Shown here: positions 9,457-19,419 of the stretch, piece after piece
Layout: every line of letters starts with the position of its first letter
Position numbering within the stretch: the stretch's first letter is position 1
Source: Candidatus Omnitrophota bacterium
GTDB taxonomy: Bacteria; Omnitrophota; Gorgyraeia; Gygaellales; Profunditerraquicolaceae
Assembly (NCBI GenBank): GCA_028712255.1
Contig: JAQTQJ010000011.1
Coordinates: forward strand, 1-61,274
Direction: 5' to 3'
DNA length: 61,274 nt
Position numbers and translations under genes: made by a program
Notes under the pieces: generated by a model
The model's database searches: none
The model's input: the letters and a program-made list of their open reading frames with translations, nothing else
Told to the model about the DNA's origin: nothing

Positions 9457-10188
9457 ATGAGCTCTCAGTCTAAAATAGAAAGCAGGATAATCCCGGAGGA
9501 AACCGGGCGTAACCTTTATATGCAACATCTTAAAGTTTATGAATTCTTAAATCAAAATGCCAAGAACAGGCAAATTTTAGAGATTGGTTGCGGGGATGGG
9601 TATGGGGCTGCTTTTTTGGCTAAAACTGCAAGATCTATAGTCGCAGTTGATTACGAAGACCAAGTAATTTTTACAGCACAGAATAAATATAAGGCGAATA
9701 ATTTGCAATATCGCTGTATGGATGCAACAAGATTAGGATTTAAAGAGAATGAATTTGATCTCGTTTGTTCATTTCAGGTGATTGAGCATATTCCAGAAGA
9801 TAAATTATTAGTTTATCTTAACGAATTAAACAGGGTATTGAAGCCCAATGGAGAGCTTTATCTTTCTACTTTGAATCTTGGGAAGGTAATGAAAAACCCG
9901 CAAACTTATAAAAAGAATCCGGCGCATTGTAAAGAATTTGTTGCGGAAGACCTGAAAGCTATTCTGTCAAAGGTTTTTGATAATTATGTAATATATGGTT
10001 TGCACCCAAGCTTAAAACATCAATTCTACCTGGTTTTGAAGAAAAGCGGGATTTTTAAATCGTTCCCATTTTTTCTTAATCCAGTCGAGAGATTTTATAA
10101 AAACTTAACCACGGATGATTTTAAATTAACCGCTTCTAACCTTAATAAAGCATCTGATTTTGTTTGTGTTTGCAAGAAAAATGCATAA
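9457..10188 (+). CDS. Class I SAM-dependent methyltransferase
   Basis: 243 aa. Motif I ILEIGCGDGYG. Confidence 0.8.
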   Translation: MSSQSKIESRIIPEETGRNLYMQHLKVYEFLNQNAKNRQILEIGCGDGYGAAFLAKTARSIVAVDYEDQVIFTAQNKYKANNLQYRCMDATRLGFKENEFDLVCSFQVIEHIPEDKLLVYLNELNRVLKPNGELYLSTLNLGKVMKNPQTYKKNPAHCKEFVAEDLKAILSKVFDNYVIYGLHPSLKHQFYLVLKKSGIFKSFPFFLNPVERFYKNLTTDDFKLTASNLNKASDFVCVCKKNA

Positions 10189-11164
10189 AGCGCAAAAACG
10201 TAAGGCAAAGATATTTAAATTTTTTAAAGTCGCCAGGCTTCCTTATTTACCGTTTATTTTAGGTATTGAACCGGGAAATATCTGCAATTTAAACTGCCCA
10301 TTGTGCCCTACAGGAGCCCAGTCAGGCGGAGCAAAAAAAGGTTTTATGAAATTTGAATTTTTTAAAAATATATTTGATCAACTTAAAAATAGTTTAGTTA
10401 CCGTAAATCTTTATAATTGGGGAGAGCCGCTATTAAATAAAGACCTGTTTAAAATAATCAAATATATTAAAGATTATAAAAAAAACATATTTGTCGTCAC
10501 CAGCACAAATCTTAATATAAATGAGAAGGGTGTATTACTCAAACTTTTGAATTCAGGCATCGATGAAGTTATAGTTTCTTGTGATGGTGCTAGTGTTGAG
10601 GCTTACAACAAGTATAGAGTAGGAGGAGATTTTAATCTGGTTATGGAAAATCTTAAATTTTTAGCCGATCAGAAGCGTAAATTAGGCAGCAACGTAGATA
10701 TTGTTTGGAACTTTTTGGTATTTAAACATAATGAGCATGAAATAGCTACTGCTAGAGGTATGGCTGAAAAGCTTGGTGTTTCTTTTCGGTTAGGATTGAT
10801 GCGGACTTCGATGAAAGATGAGGTTCTTAAGCCCCACCAAGAGGCAATAAAAAAGGATTTGGATTGGATTCCAGATAATCCTGAATATAGCGCTTACGAT
10901 AAAGTTGGGCTTACTGCTAAAAAGATAATAAAAACATGCAAGAAACCGTGGCAAGAGATTGCTATAAACTGGAATGGTGAGGTTTTTCCTTGTTGCGCTG
11001 TTTACGGTGATAGTTTTAACTTTGGGGATACGGCCAAGGATTCTATAAGCAAGATTTGGAATAATGAAAAGTACATTTTGGCACGCAAAGAGATAATTAA
11101 TAAAAAAGAAAATCCTTTTACTATTTGCGGTATTTGTAAGAACAATGGTTTTATGCACATGTAG
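10181..11164 (+). CDS. Radical SAM enzyme with C-terminal SPASM/Twitch-type Cys-rich domain
   Basis: CNLNCPLCP (CX3CX2C) near the N-terminus. C-terminal CKKPW...FPCC...CGIC cluster. ATG 10181 overlaps the upstream stop (ATGCATAA); the track start is TTG at 10160. Confidence 0.85.
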   Translation: MHKAQKRKAKIFKFFKVARLPYLPFILGIEPGNICNLNCPLCPTGAQSGGAKKGFMKFEFFKNIFDQLKNSLVTVNLYNWGEPLLNKDLFKIIKYIKDYKKNIFVVTSTNLNINEKGVLLKLLNSGIDEVIVSCDGASVEAYNKYRVGGDFNLVMENLKFLADQKRKLGSNVDIVWNFLVFKHNEHEIATARGMAEKLGVSFRLGLMRTSMKDEVLKPHQEAIKKDLDWIPDNPEYSAYDKVGLTAKKIIKTCKKPWQEIAINWNGEVFPCCAVYGDSFNFGDTAKDSISKIWNNEKYILARKEIINKKENPFTICGICKNNGFMHM

Positions 11165-11201
11165 GATTTAGCTAGATAATGATTAAATTAAAAAATTAAC
11201 G

Positions 11202-11771
11202 ATGAATACAGAAAATTTTAACTTTTTGGATAAGCTTACTTGCTGGTTTCGTTTATCTATGACTGCCAAGTATATTGAACAAAATGACGCGGTGCTTGAT
11301 CTTGGCTGTGGTGTTCAGCACTATCTGCTTAAATGGGGCAAAGATAAATTCAGGGTTGGCTATGGGTTAGATTATGATGTAGAAGATTCTCAGAAAGAAA
11401 ATATACATCTAGTAAATTACAAATTTCAAGAAAGCCTGCCTTTTAAGGATGAGTTTTTTAATAAGGTTTTCCTGCTTGCTGTTTTAGAGCATATTGAAGA
11501 AACTGGAGCTGGGGTTCTTTTTCTTGAATTTTCCAGGATTTTAAAAAAGAAAGGGCGTGTAATCATTACTATACCGACTCTGCGCGGGAAAGCAACTTTA
11601 GAACTTCTTGCCTTAAAATTAAGAATTCTTTCCTTTGAAGAAATTTCCGACCATAAACATTATTATAGCGCCAAAGAGATTTCTGATTTAGCAAGAGCAA
11701 GCGGGTTAAAAGTCATTCATTCTAAGCTATTTCAATTTGGGCTAAATAGCCTTTATGTATTGGAAAAGTAG
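11202..11771 (+). CDS. Class I SAM-dependent methyltransferase
   Basis: 189 aa. VLDLGCGVQHY motif I and FLLAVLEHI motif. Confidence 0.7.
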   Translation: MNTENFNFLDKLTCWFRLSMTAKYIEQNDAVLDLGCGVQHYLLKWGKDKFRVGYGLDYDVEDSQKENIHLVNYKFQESLPFKDEFFNKVFLLAVLEHIEETGAGVLFLEFSRILKKKGRVIITIPTLRGKATLELLALKLRILSFEEISDHKHYYSAKEISDLARASGLKVIHSKLFQFGLNSLYVLEK

Positions 11772-11813
11772 CTTCGGTTTAAATTTTAACTCATTAAGAG
11801 AAAGAAAATAAAT

Positions 11814-12476
11814 ATGCAGATAAATAAAGAACTTTATAAATTACGTTTTGATGAAAACGAAAAAAATTGTAAAAATAATTTGTGGAAAGTACTTTGCAAA
11901 GATTTTTTACAGGATTTTATTAATCCCGATTCAAGTGTCCTTGACTTAGGAGCAGGCTTCTGTGAGTTTATTAACAATATTAAAGCAAAGATTAAATATG
12001 CCGTAGATATAAATCCTCAGCTGAAGGAGTACGCCAATAGGGAAGTACATGTTATAAATACCCATTCTGCTAATCTTCAAGGGATAAATACCGGCTCGCT
12101 AGATGTTGTTTTTTCAAGTGAGTTTTTTGAGCACCTGAAAAATAAGGAAGAGCTGTTTTTGACTCTTAAAGAGGCCCATAGGGTATTGCGTGAAGGAGGC
12201 AGGTTAATTATTATCTGCCCAAATATTCGTTATGTTGGGCATAGGTATTGGGATTTTATTGACCATGGTTTACCACTTACTCATTTGGGGATGCGCGAGG
12301 CACTCTTAGTAAATAAATATACTTTAATTAAGCTAATACCAAGATTTTTGCCTTATACTACTAAGAGCTGTTTGCCAAAAAACTTGTTTTTACTTAAAAT
12401 GTATTTAAAGATGCCATTTTTATGGCGTATATTTGGAAGCCAGATGTTTATTATTGCCCAGAAGGAGAAGGTGTAA
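11814..12476 (+). CDS. Class I SAM-dependent methyltransferase
   Basis: 220 aa. VLDLGAGFCEF motif I and FSSEFFEHL. Confidence 0.65.
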   Translation: MQINKELYKLRFDENEKNCKNNLWKVLCKDFLQDFINPDSSVLDLGAGFCEFINNIKAKIKYAVDINPQLKEYANREVHVINTHSANLQGINTGSLDVVFSSEFFEHLKNKEELFLTLKEAHRVLREGGRLIIICPNIRYVGHRYWDFIDHGLPLTHLGMREALLVNKYTLIKLIPRFLPYTTKSCLPKNLFLLKMYLKMPFLWRIFGSQMFIIAQKEKV

Positions 12477-12479
12477 ATA

Positions 12480-14558
12480 GTGGAGACACTCTTATTTTTT
12501 CTTTTGAATATTAGCCCGGTATGCGGAGCCTATCTATTAGTACGTAGATATTTCTCTTTTAAAGAGGCTGTGGATTCTTTTCTTGCCTACATCGTATTGT
12601 TTTATGCGCAGATTATAATAACAGTAATCTTTTTGGGGAGCCTCAATATTTTATCGTTAAATAATATTCTAATATTTAATTTTTTAGTTTTATTCTTTAT
12701 TTGGTTTATCTTAAAAAAGAAGCAAAATTACAGTTATAAAGCAGATTTAAATATGTCCATTAGCTGGTTACGGAATTTAGCTATAGATGATAAAATTTTG
12801 ATCTTTTGTTCGTCTTTAATTTTAGGATTTTCTATAGTTAAAATTGCGGTAAGCTTGGTAAATCCTCCATTTGGCTGGGATGATTTGAATTATCATTTTA
12901 CATTCGCAGTCGAATGGTTTAAGAACAAGTCGCTTCTTACACCGATAGTAGTTAGCGACTATCCTGCGCCAAGTTATTATCCTTTAAATGGCAGCTTCAT
13001 ATTTTTTTGGCTACTGTTGCCTTTTAAGAATGTTTTTCTTGCTAATCTAGGGCAGGTGCCTTTTTATATTGTTGTTTTTTTATCTATGTATTCTATCGGT
13101 AAAAAAATTGGCCTTAGCCAAAAATATTCGGTTTATGCTTCTATCTTGCTATTATTGGTGCCTAATTATTTTAAGCAGATGAGGATAGCTTATGTTGATG
13201 TTATGGTAGCTGCTTTTTTTCTACTGGCCCTTAATTTCTTAGCTAATTTAAAGAAGGAGTTTAGTATTAGAAATGTATTACTTGTGGGGTTGTCTTGTGG
13301 CCTATTAATCGGTACTAAAATAATAGCTATCCCGCATATGTTAATTATCTCAGTTTATTTTCTATTGTTATCTGGTCTCTCATTAATTAAAAATAGACAA
13401 TACAAGCGGTTTTTTTCTTCAGTTTTTATTTTTATATTAGCTGCTATTGTTATGGGGGGATTCAGCTATATCAGGAATTTTATCATGACGGGTAATCCGC
13501 TTTATCCTCTTGAGCTAAAGTTATTTGGAAGAACGCTTTTTAAGGGTGTCTTAGGAGGAGAATTTATCAATAATGATAATGGTGCATTTGCTTTGGGAAA
13601 ATTTCTTTTCCATGAAGGTGTAGGGGCTGGGTTTATTTTATATGTAATACCTGGTTTAATCCTTGCTGGCATTGCTTTAATAAAGAAAGCCCCTGCGCAT
13701 AAATGGCTTCTGTGGGCGTTGTTTATATTAATTCCATTTTTATATTTTGTTTACCGTTTTGAAGTTGGTGTTGCAAATATCAGGTATCTTTACCCTTGGT
13801 TTGCTATATGCTATATCCTGGCTATCTGGGGCTTGTCTACTTTTAGAATTCCGGAAAAAATACTCAGATACGGGCTTATTGTATGTTCACTTGCTTCAGT
13901 AGCTGAATTTGCCAAGCGCAATGAATTGATATTTTCATTTATATTATCATTAATATTATTTGTTTTATTTTTTAATATCCGTAAGGTTAAACGTTTTTTA
14001 TTATTAAAGCCGCTAGTAACTTTTTTTGTATTTTTTATAATTGGAGCTTCTTTTTTACAATATCTTTATATTGATTATTCTAAGAATGAATTTAAAAGGT
14101 ATAAGCTTTCGCAGAAGAATTCTGGGTTTTGGCCTGAGGCTATTGATGCCTGGATTTGGCTTGATCAAAACACAGACGGTAACAATATCGCCTATATTGG
14201 CAGGCCGGTGCCGTTTCCTTTGTATGGAACTAAGCTCAAGAATAATGTATTTTATGTTTCAGTAAACCAAGGGGCGCCGTATCTGCATGCTTATAGAAAT
14301 TCCTGGTATTCTTGTAGTGGCGGATATGAGAATTTTCATAAAGTACTCATGGAGCCAAATAATTACCGGGGTAATGCCGAGTACAATACATGGTTAAATA
14401 ATCTAAAGGAAAAAAATACGGGTTTCCTTTTTATTTATTCACTGCATCAGATTAAGGGGATAGAGTTTCCTATCGAGGATAGCTGGGCTAAAATGCATCC
14501 TGAGGTATTTAGCCTGGTATTTAATAACAATACAATACATGTTTATAGGATAAGATGA
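12480..14558 (+). CDS. Large polytopic membrane protein, GT-C-like glycosyltransferase, paralogue 2
   Basis: 692 aa, GTG start. Collinear with 7363-9453 (YYPLNGSFIFFWLLLPFKNVFLANLGQVPFY; GNPLYPLELKLFGRTLFKG; FPIEDSWA). First-loop acidic motif WDD. Confidence 0.55.
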   Translation: METLLFFLLNISPVCGAYLLVRRYFSFKEAVDSFLAYIVLFYAQIIITVIFLGSLNILSLNNILIFNFLVLFFIWFILKKKQNYSYKADLNMSISWLRNLAIDDKILIFCSSLILGFSIVKIAVSLVNPPFGWDDLNYHFTFAVEWFKNKSLLTPIVVSDYPAPSYYPLNGSFIFFWLLLPFKNVFLANLGQVPFYIVVFLSMYSIGKKIGLSQKYSVYASILLLLVPNYFKQMRIAYVDVMVAAFFLLALNFLANLKKEFSIRNVLLVGLSCGLLIGTKIIAIPHMLIISVYFLLLSGLSLIKNRQYKRFFSSVFIFILAAIVMGGFSYIRNFIMTGNPLYPLELKLFGRTLFKGVLGGEFINNDNGAFALGKFLFHEGVGAGFILYVIPGLILAGIALIKKAPAHKWLLWALFILIPFLYFVYRFEVGVANIRYLYPWFAICYILAIWGLSTFRIPEKILRYGLIVCSLASVAEFAKRNELIFSFILSLILFVLFFNIRKVKRFLLLKPLVTFFVFFIIGASFLQYLYIDYSKNEFKRYKLSQKNSGFWPEAIDAWIWLDQNTDGNNIAYIGRPVPFPLYGTKLKNNVFYVSVNQGAPYLHAYRNSWYSCSGGYENFHKVLMEPNNYRGNAEYNTWLNNLKEKNTGFLFIYSLHQIKGIEFPIEDSWAKMHPEVFSLVFNNNTIHVYRIR

Positions 14559-15253
14559 AATTATCGATAATCGTTCCGGCGCATAATGAAGAGGATAATA
14601 TTGGCAGCCTTATCGACAAAGCCGAATTAATTTTAAAAATTGATTTTGAATTACTGGTAGTTAATGACCATTCTTCTGATTCTACAGCCAGTATTGTTCT
14701 TGATAAGATGCGGCTCTTTGGTAATGTCCGCTTAATTGAAAATAAGTTGGATGCTGGATTTGCCAATGCTTTACGGTCAGGATTTGCCAATGCTTCAGGA
14801 GATCTTATTTTACCCCTTATGGCTGATCTTTGTGATGATCTGGGTACGGTTAATATAATGTATAATAAAATTAACGAAGGCTATGATGTAGTTTGTGGTT
14901 CCAGATATATTAAAGGCGGCGCAAGGATCGGAGGTTCTAAGCTAAAAGGATTCTTATCCTCTTTGGCTGGTTGGAGTTCATATTATTTATTAGGTGTATC
15001 CACTCATGATATTGCTAATGCTTTTAAAATGTATAGGAAAGGGGTTATCGGCAGTATCAATATTCAAGCAAAAGGTTTTGAAATATCCATGGAATTGCCA
15101 CTTAAAGCATACTACGCTGGCTTTAAGATAACCGAAACACCTACGAAGTGGCGTGAAAGAGAAAAAGGTAAATCCAGTTTTAGAATGTTTGACCTAATTC
15201 CCAATTATTTAAAGCTTTATCTTTGGGCACTTAAGAAAAGGATGGGTTTCTAA
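14555..15253 (+). CDS. Glycosyltransferase family 2, Dpm1/GtrB-like polyprenyl-phosphate sugar transferase (inferred)
   Basis: 232 aa. LSIIVPAHNEEDNI ... VVNDHSSDST ... MADLCDD. 4-nt overlap with the GT-C gene. Confidence 0.65.
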   Translation: MKLSIIVPAHNEEDNIGSLIDKAELILKIDFELLVVNDHSSDSTASIVLDKMRLFGNVRLIENKLDAGFANALRSGFANASGDLILPLMADLCDDLGTVNIMYNKINEGYDVVCGSRYIKGGARIGGSKLKGFLSSLAGWSSYYLLGVSTHDIANAFKMYRKGVIGSINIQAKGFEISMELPLKAYYAGFKITETPTKWREREKGKSSFRMFDLIPNYLKLYLWALKKRMGF

Positions 15254-15254
15254 T

Positions 15255-15932
15255 ATGGCATTACTTTCAGTTATTGTACCAGTTTTTAATGAAGCCAAGA
15301 CCATAAAACAGGTAATTGACAAAATTTATTCTGTGAATATCGATAAAGAAATTATTGTAATTGATAATTGCTCAACTGATGGGACGCAAAAAATTTTAAG
15401 CCTGTTACATTATGATAATTTAAAAGTTATTTATCATAGCAGTAACCGCGGCAAGGGAGCATCTTTCTTAACCGGTTTAGATAATGCTACTGGCGAGTAT
15501 ATTGTTACTCAAGATGCTGATTTGGAATATGATCCGAATGATTATCTGCGTTTATTCGAAGAGATTAAAGACGATAAGTATGATATGGTTTCAGGAGCGC
15601 GTTTTTTTGAAGGCCACCATGGGTTATTAATGCATGTAGCAGGCAACAAAGTCTTAACGTTTGTGCTGAACTTTCTTTATGGAGCAAAACTAAATGATTG
15701 CGCAACTTGTTATAAAATGGCACGCAGGCAGGTGTATAAAACATTTGCATTAGAATCCACTGGTTTTGATATGGATTTTGAAATTATCTGTAAAGCATTG
15801 AGGAAAGGTTTGAGAATTAAAGAATTAGCTGTTTCTTATCACCCACGTTCTTATAAAGAAGGAAAGAAAATCAGGATTAATGATGCTTTCTGGGCGATTT
15901 TAACTATGTTTAAGTATAGATTTTGGAGGTAA
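15255..15932 (+). CDS. Glycosyltransferase family 2
   Basis: 225 aa. LSVIVPVFNEAKTI ... VIDNCSTDGT ... QDADLEYDP. Confidence 0.8.
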   Translation: MALLSVIVPVFNEAKTIKQVIDKIYSVNIDKEIIVIDNCSTDGTQKILSLLHYDNLKVIYHSSNRGKGASFLTGLDNATGEYIVTQDADLEYDPNDYLRLFEEIKDDKYDMVSGARFFEGHHGLLMHVAGNKVLTFVLNFLYGAKLNDCATCYKMARRQVYKTFALESTGFDMDFEIICKALRKGLRIKELAVSYHPRSYKEGKKIRINDAFWAILTMFKYRFWR

Positions 15933-15936
15933 AGCC

Positions 15937-17172
15937 ATGAAAATACTGCAAGTTTTAGATTTTATTATTTATTGGTCAATCGTGATATTTCCTTTTTCGA
16001 TAGGTATCTCCAATGGTTTTATGAATACCTTTTTTGGATTTATTGTTGTCGCGTTCCTGCTTAAGAAGATAATAAAAAAAGAATGCATATTTTCTAAAAC
16101 GCATATTAATATTCCGTTACTAGCGTTATTTCTGTTAACCCTTTTTTCACTTTTTTATTCTGCTTACCCGAAAGATACGCTTAGGGGTGGGATTTTCAGG
16201 CTTCTGCAATATATTATTTTATTCTTTGCTCTTGTTGGAGAGGTAAGGGATAAAAAGCATATCTGGCGAATAATTTTTTCAATTTTTGCCGGTTTGGTAT
16301 TTGTTTCTATCGATGCGATTTGGCAGGTAGGTACCGGAAAAGATTTTGTAAGAGGATATAATCCAATGTTGCTTATAGGGCTAGTGCGGGCAACTGCGTC
16401 ATTTAGCGATCCTAACATTCTTGGTGTATATCTGAGCGCGGTTGCACCGTTATTTTTTGGACTTGTACTTTATCATTTTAAAGGATCAAAAAAAGTTTTA
16501 TTTGGATTGTTTAGTTTATTGGTATTAGCAGGAATTGCTTTGACATATTCACGCCCCACATTACTTGGAACATATTTAGCGCTGTTATTTTTAACAGTCG
16601 CCAGAAAAAGTAAATGGCTAATAACTGGCTTGGTTATTTTTATTTTAATTGCGCCATTTTTATTGCCTAAATCAGTTAAGCAGTTTGCCAAAGAAGTTGA
16701 TTATAACCCGGTAAGGTTTATGTGCAATGATGACCGGATTTCAATATTCAGGAACTCGATACAGATGATTAAGGCCAGTCCAATTGTCGGGCATGGCGCA
16801 AATACTTTTATGAAAAATTATAAAAAATATAAAGAAAATCCAGAGTATCGAAATGTTGTCACTTCGGACTTTTTATATGCCCACGATAATTTTTTACAGA
16901 TTGCAGGAGAATTAGGTTTACTGGGTTTAGGAGTTTTTATTTGGTTACTCTTTGAGTTATTTAAAGGTTGCGCATCTATATATAAACAGCTCAAAGATAG
17001 CCAGCTTAAAATTATTTTTCTTTCCTTGATAGCTTGCCTGATTGCTTTTTTAGTCAATGGCCTTACTGAAAGCAGCCTTAATTCCGCCCGTGTTGCAGGA
17101 ATTTTCTGGTATTTAATTGGATTTTCATTTGCTTTTCAGAAATTTATCTGTGTAAATGAAAAAACAAGTTAA
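15937..17172 (+). CDS. O-antigen ligase/polymerase family (Wzy_C) membrane protein, copy 2
   Basis: 411 aa polytopic protein with YSRPTLLG and HDNFLQIAGELGLLG motifs. Confidence 0.75.
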   Translation: MKILQVLDFIIYWSIVIFPFSIGISNGFMNTFFGFIVVAFLLKKIIKKECIFSKTHINIPLLALFLLTLFSLFYSAYPKDTLRGGIFRLLQYIILFFALVGEVRDKKHIWRIIFSIFAGLVFVSIDAIWQVGTGKDFVRGYNPMLLIGLVRATASFSDPNILGVYLSAVAPLFFGLVLYHFKGSKKVLFGLFSLLVLAGIALTYSRPTLLGTYLALLFLTVARKSKWLITGLVIFILIAPFLLPKSVKQFAKEVDYNPVRFMCNDDRISIFRNSIQMIKASPIVGHGANTFMKNYKKYKENPEYRNVVTSDFLYAHDNFLQIAGELGLLGLGVFIWLLFELFKGCASIYKQLKDSQLKIIFLSLIACLIAFLVNGLTESSLNSARVAGIFWYLIGFSFAFQKFICVNEKTS

Positions 17173-17186
17173 AAATATCTTTTTAT

Positions 17187-19019
17187 ATGTTTCTAAAGCC
17201 AAATAAAACTTATATTTTAGGAATATCTTGTTTTTATCATGATAGCGCAGCATGCCTGATTACAGACGGCCAGGTTGCTGCTGCTGTTCAGGAGGAACGT
17301 TTTAGCCGAAAAAAACACGATTTTGACTTTCCTAAAAACGCCATAGATTATTGCTTAAAAGAAGCAGGTATAGAAATAAAAGATTTAAATTTTGTGGTTT
17401 TTTATGATAAGCCATTTGTTAAATTCGAGCGTATACTGGAAACTGCCCTTGTTTATGCGCCCAGCGGTATAACTCAATTTGTTCGGGCTATTCCATTATG
17501 GCTGAAACAAAAACTTTGGATCTCTGAGCTTATTAGAAAGGATTTGAGTTACAAGGGGAAAATTTTATTCAGCCAGCACCATGAGTCGCATGCGGCCAGC
17601 GCTTTCTATCCTTGTCCATTTAAAGAGGCAGCGTTTTTAACTATGGACGGGGTAGGGGAATGGGATACAGCAAGTTTCGGGGTTGGCAGGGATAATGAGC
17701 TGGATATCCAATATTATCTTCGTTTTCCACATTCTCTGGGATTACTTTATTCGGCATTTACTTACTACGCTGGTTTTAAAGTCAATTCAGGGGAATACAA
17801 GCTTATGGGTTTGGCTCCATACGGCAGGCCCATTTATAAAGATTTAATTTTAAATGAATTAATAGATCTTAAAGATGATGGTTCTTTTAGGATGAATATG
17901 AAGTATTTTGGTTATTGCAATACTTTGCGTATGACAAACTCGCATTTTAATCATTTATTTGGCGCGCCCCCCAGGCAACCTGAAACCAGGATAACTCAAA
18001 AATATATGGATATAGCTGCTTCAATACAAGCTGTTACAGAAGAGATTGTGCTTAAAATGGCTCGTTATGTTCATAAGGTTACCGGCCAGAATAATCTTTG
18101 TTTAGCTGGGGGAGTTGCTTTAAATTGTGTGGGAAATGGCAGGATTCTGCGGGAAGGCCCATTTAAGAATATCTGGATCCAGCCGGCAAGCGGGGATGCC
18201 GGTGGGGCATTAGGTGCGGCACTTTTGATTTGGTACAAGTATTTGGGGAATAAGCGTATTGTTGATGGTAGCCATGATTTGCAAAGGGCTTCATTATTGG
18301 GGCCATCTTATAGTGATAGTTATATTGAGAATTTTTTGAAAGAATCAAGCGCTGTTTATAGGCAATTAGGGCAGGATTCTATTGTCAAGGAAGTGTCGGA
18401 TTTAATTATAGAAGGCAAGGTTATTGGTTGGTTTCAGGGAAGGATAGAGTTTGGGCCTAGGGCGTTAGGGGCAAGGAGTATTATCGCTGACGCGCGTAAG
18501 GCTGATATGCAGTTAAAGCTGAATTTAAAGATTAAATACCGTGAATCATTTCGGCCATTTGCGCCTACGGTTTTAAGAGAGAAGGCAAATGAATGGTTTG
18601 ATTTAAAGGGAGATAGCCCATATATGCTTTTGGTCGCTGCGGTTAAGGAAGAAAAAAGATTTTATGTATCCGAAGAAAATAAAAGCGGGTTTGAAAGGTT
18701 AAAAGACTCACGCTCTAGTATTCCTGCTGTGACGCATTTGGATTATACAGCTAGAGTTCAGACTATTGCCAGAGAAGACAATCCTCTTTATTATGATCTT
18801 ATAAATCAGTTTTATCAGAAAACAGGATGCCCGGTTATAATCAATACTTCTTTTAATGTCAGAGGAGAACCTTTAGTTTTGACTCCTGAGGATGCCTTTA
18901 GGTGTTTTATGCGCACTGAGATGGATTATCTGGTTATGGGTAGTTTTCTGCTCGATAAAACTAAGCAGAAGCCCATAGAAAAAGATTTAAAATGGCAGAA
19001 AGAATTTACGCTTGATTAA
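17187..19019 (+). CDS. Carbamoyltransferase (NodU/CmcH/SxtI family)
   Basis: 610 aa. ILGISCFYHDSAACLI..EERFSRKKHD N-terminus and C-terminal YrdC-like half typical of the family. Confidence 0.9.
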   Translation: MFLKPNKTYILGISCFYHDSAACLITDGQVAAAVQEERFSRKKHDFDFPKNAIDYCLKEAGIEIKDLNFVVFYDKPFVKFERILETALVYAPSGITQFVRAIPLWLKQKLWISELIRKDLSYKGKILFSQHHESHAASAFYPCPFKEAAFLTMDGVGEWDTASFGVGRDNELDIQYYLRFPHSLGLLYSAFTYYAGFKVNSGEYKLMGLAPYGRPIYKDLILNELIDLKDDGSFRMNMKYFGYCNTLRMTNSHFNHLFGAPPRQPETRITQKYMDIAASIQAVTEEIVLKMARYVHKVTGQNNLCLAGGVALNCVGNGRILREGPFKNIWIQPASGDAGGALGAALLIWYKYLGNKRIVDGSHDLQRASLLGPSYSDSYIENFLKESSAVYRQLGQDSIVKEVSDLIIEGKVIGWFQGRIEFGPRALGARSIIADARKADMQLKLNLKIKYRESFRPFAPTVLREKANEWFDLKGDSPYMLLVAAVKEEKRFYVSEENKSGFERLKDSRSSIPAVTHLDYTARVQTIAREDNPLYYDLINQFYQKTGCPVIINTSFNVRGEPLVLTPEDAFRCFMRTEMDYLVMGSFLLDKTKQKPIEKDLKWQKEFTLD

Positions 19020-19020
19020 G

Positions 19021-19410
19021 ATGAAGAATGCCAATACGCAAATACTTAAAAGTTTTGGGATAACTATGGGGTTTATTTTTATAGTTATAAGTGTGGTCTT
19101 ATTTTTTAAGCATGAAAATATTTTTTTTGTTGCAATAGTATCGATCTTGTTTTTTTTAGTAGCTTTTATTTTGCCTAGCCTGCTTTATCCGTTATACATA
19201 TCCTGGATGAAATTAGCCCTTGTTTTATCTTGGATTAATACCAGGTTGGTTTTATTTTTGATGTTCTATTTTATTTTTACTCCAATAGGCGTGATCCTGA
19301 AATTATTACGAAAAGATTTGCTAGATATAAAAATAAATAAAGCTGAAAAGACATACTGGAGAAAAAAGGATAAAGGTTCTGGTATCTCTTCTTATGAAAA
19401 ACAATTTTAG
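19021..19410 (+). CDS. SxtJ-like small membrane protein
   Basis: 129 aa from ATG 19021 (track start is TTG 19012). Three hydrophobic helices. Sits immediately after the carbamoyltransferase, as sxtJ does after sxtI. Confidence 0.5.
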   Translation: MKNANTQILKSFGITMGFIFIVISVVLFFKHENIFFVAIVSILFFLVAFILPSLLYPLYISWMKLALVLSWINTRLVLFLMFYFIFTPIGVILKLLRKDLLDIKINKAEKTYWRKKDKGSGISSYEKQF

Positions 19411-19419
19411 GAGGATAAA

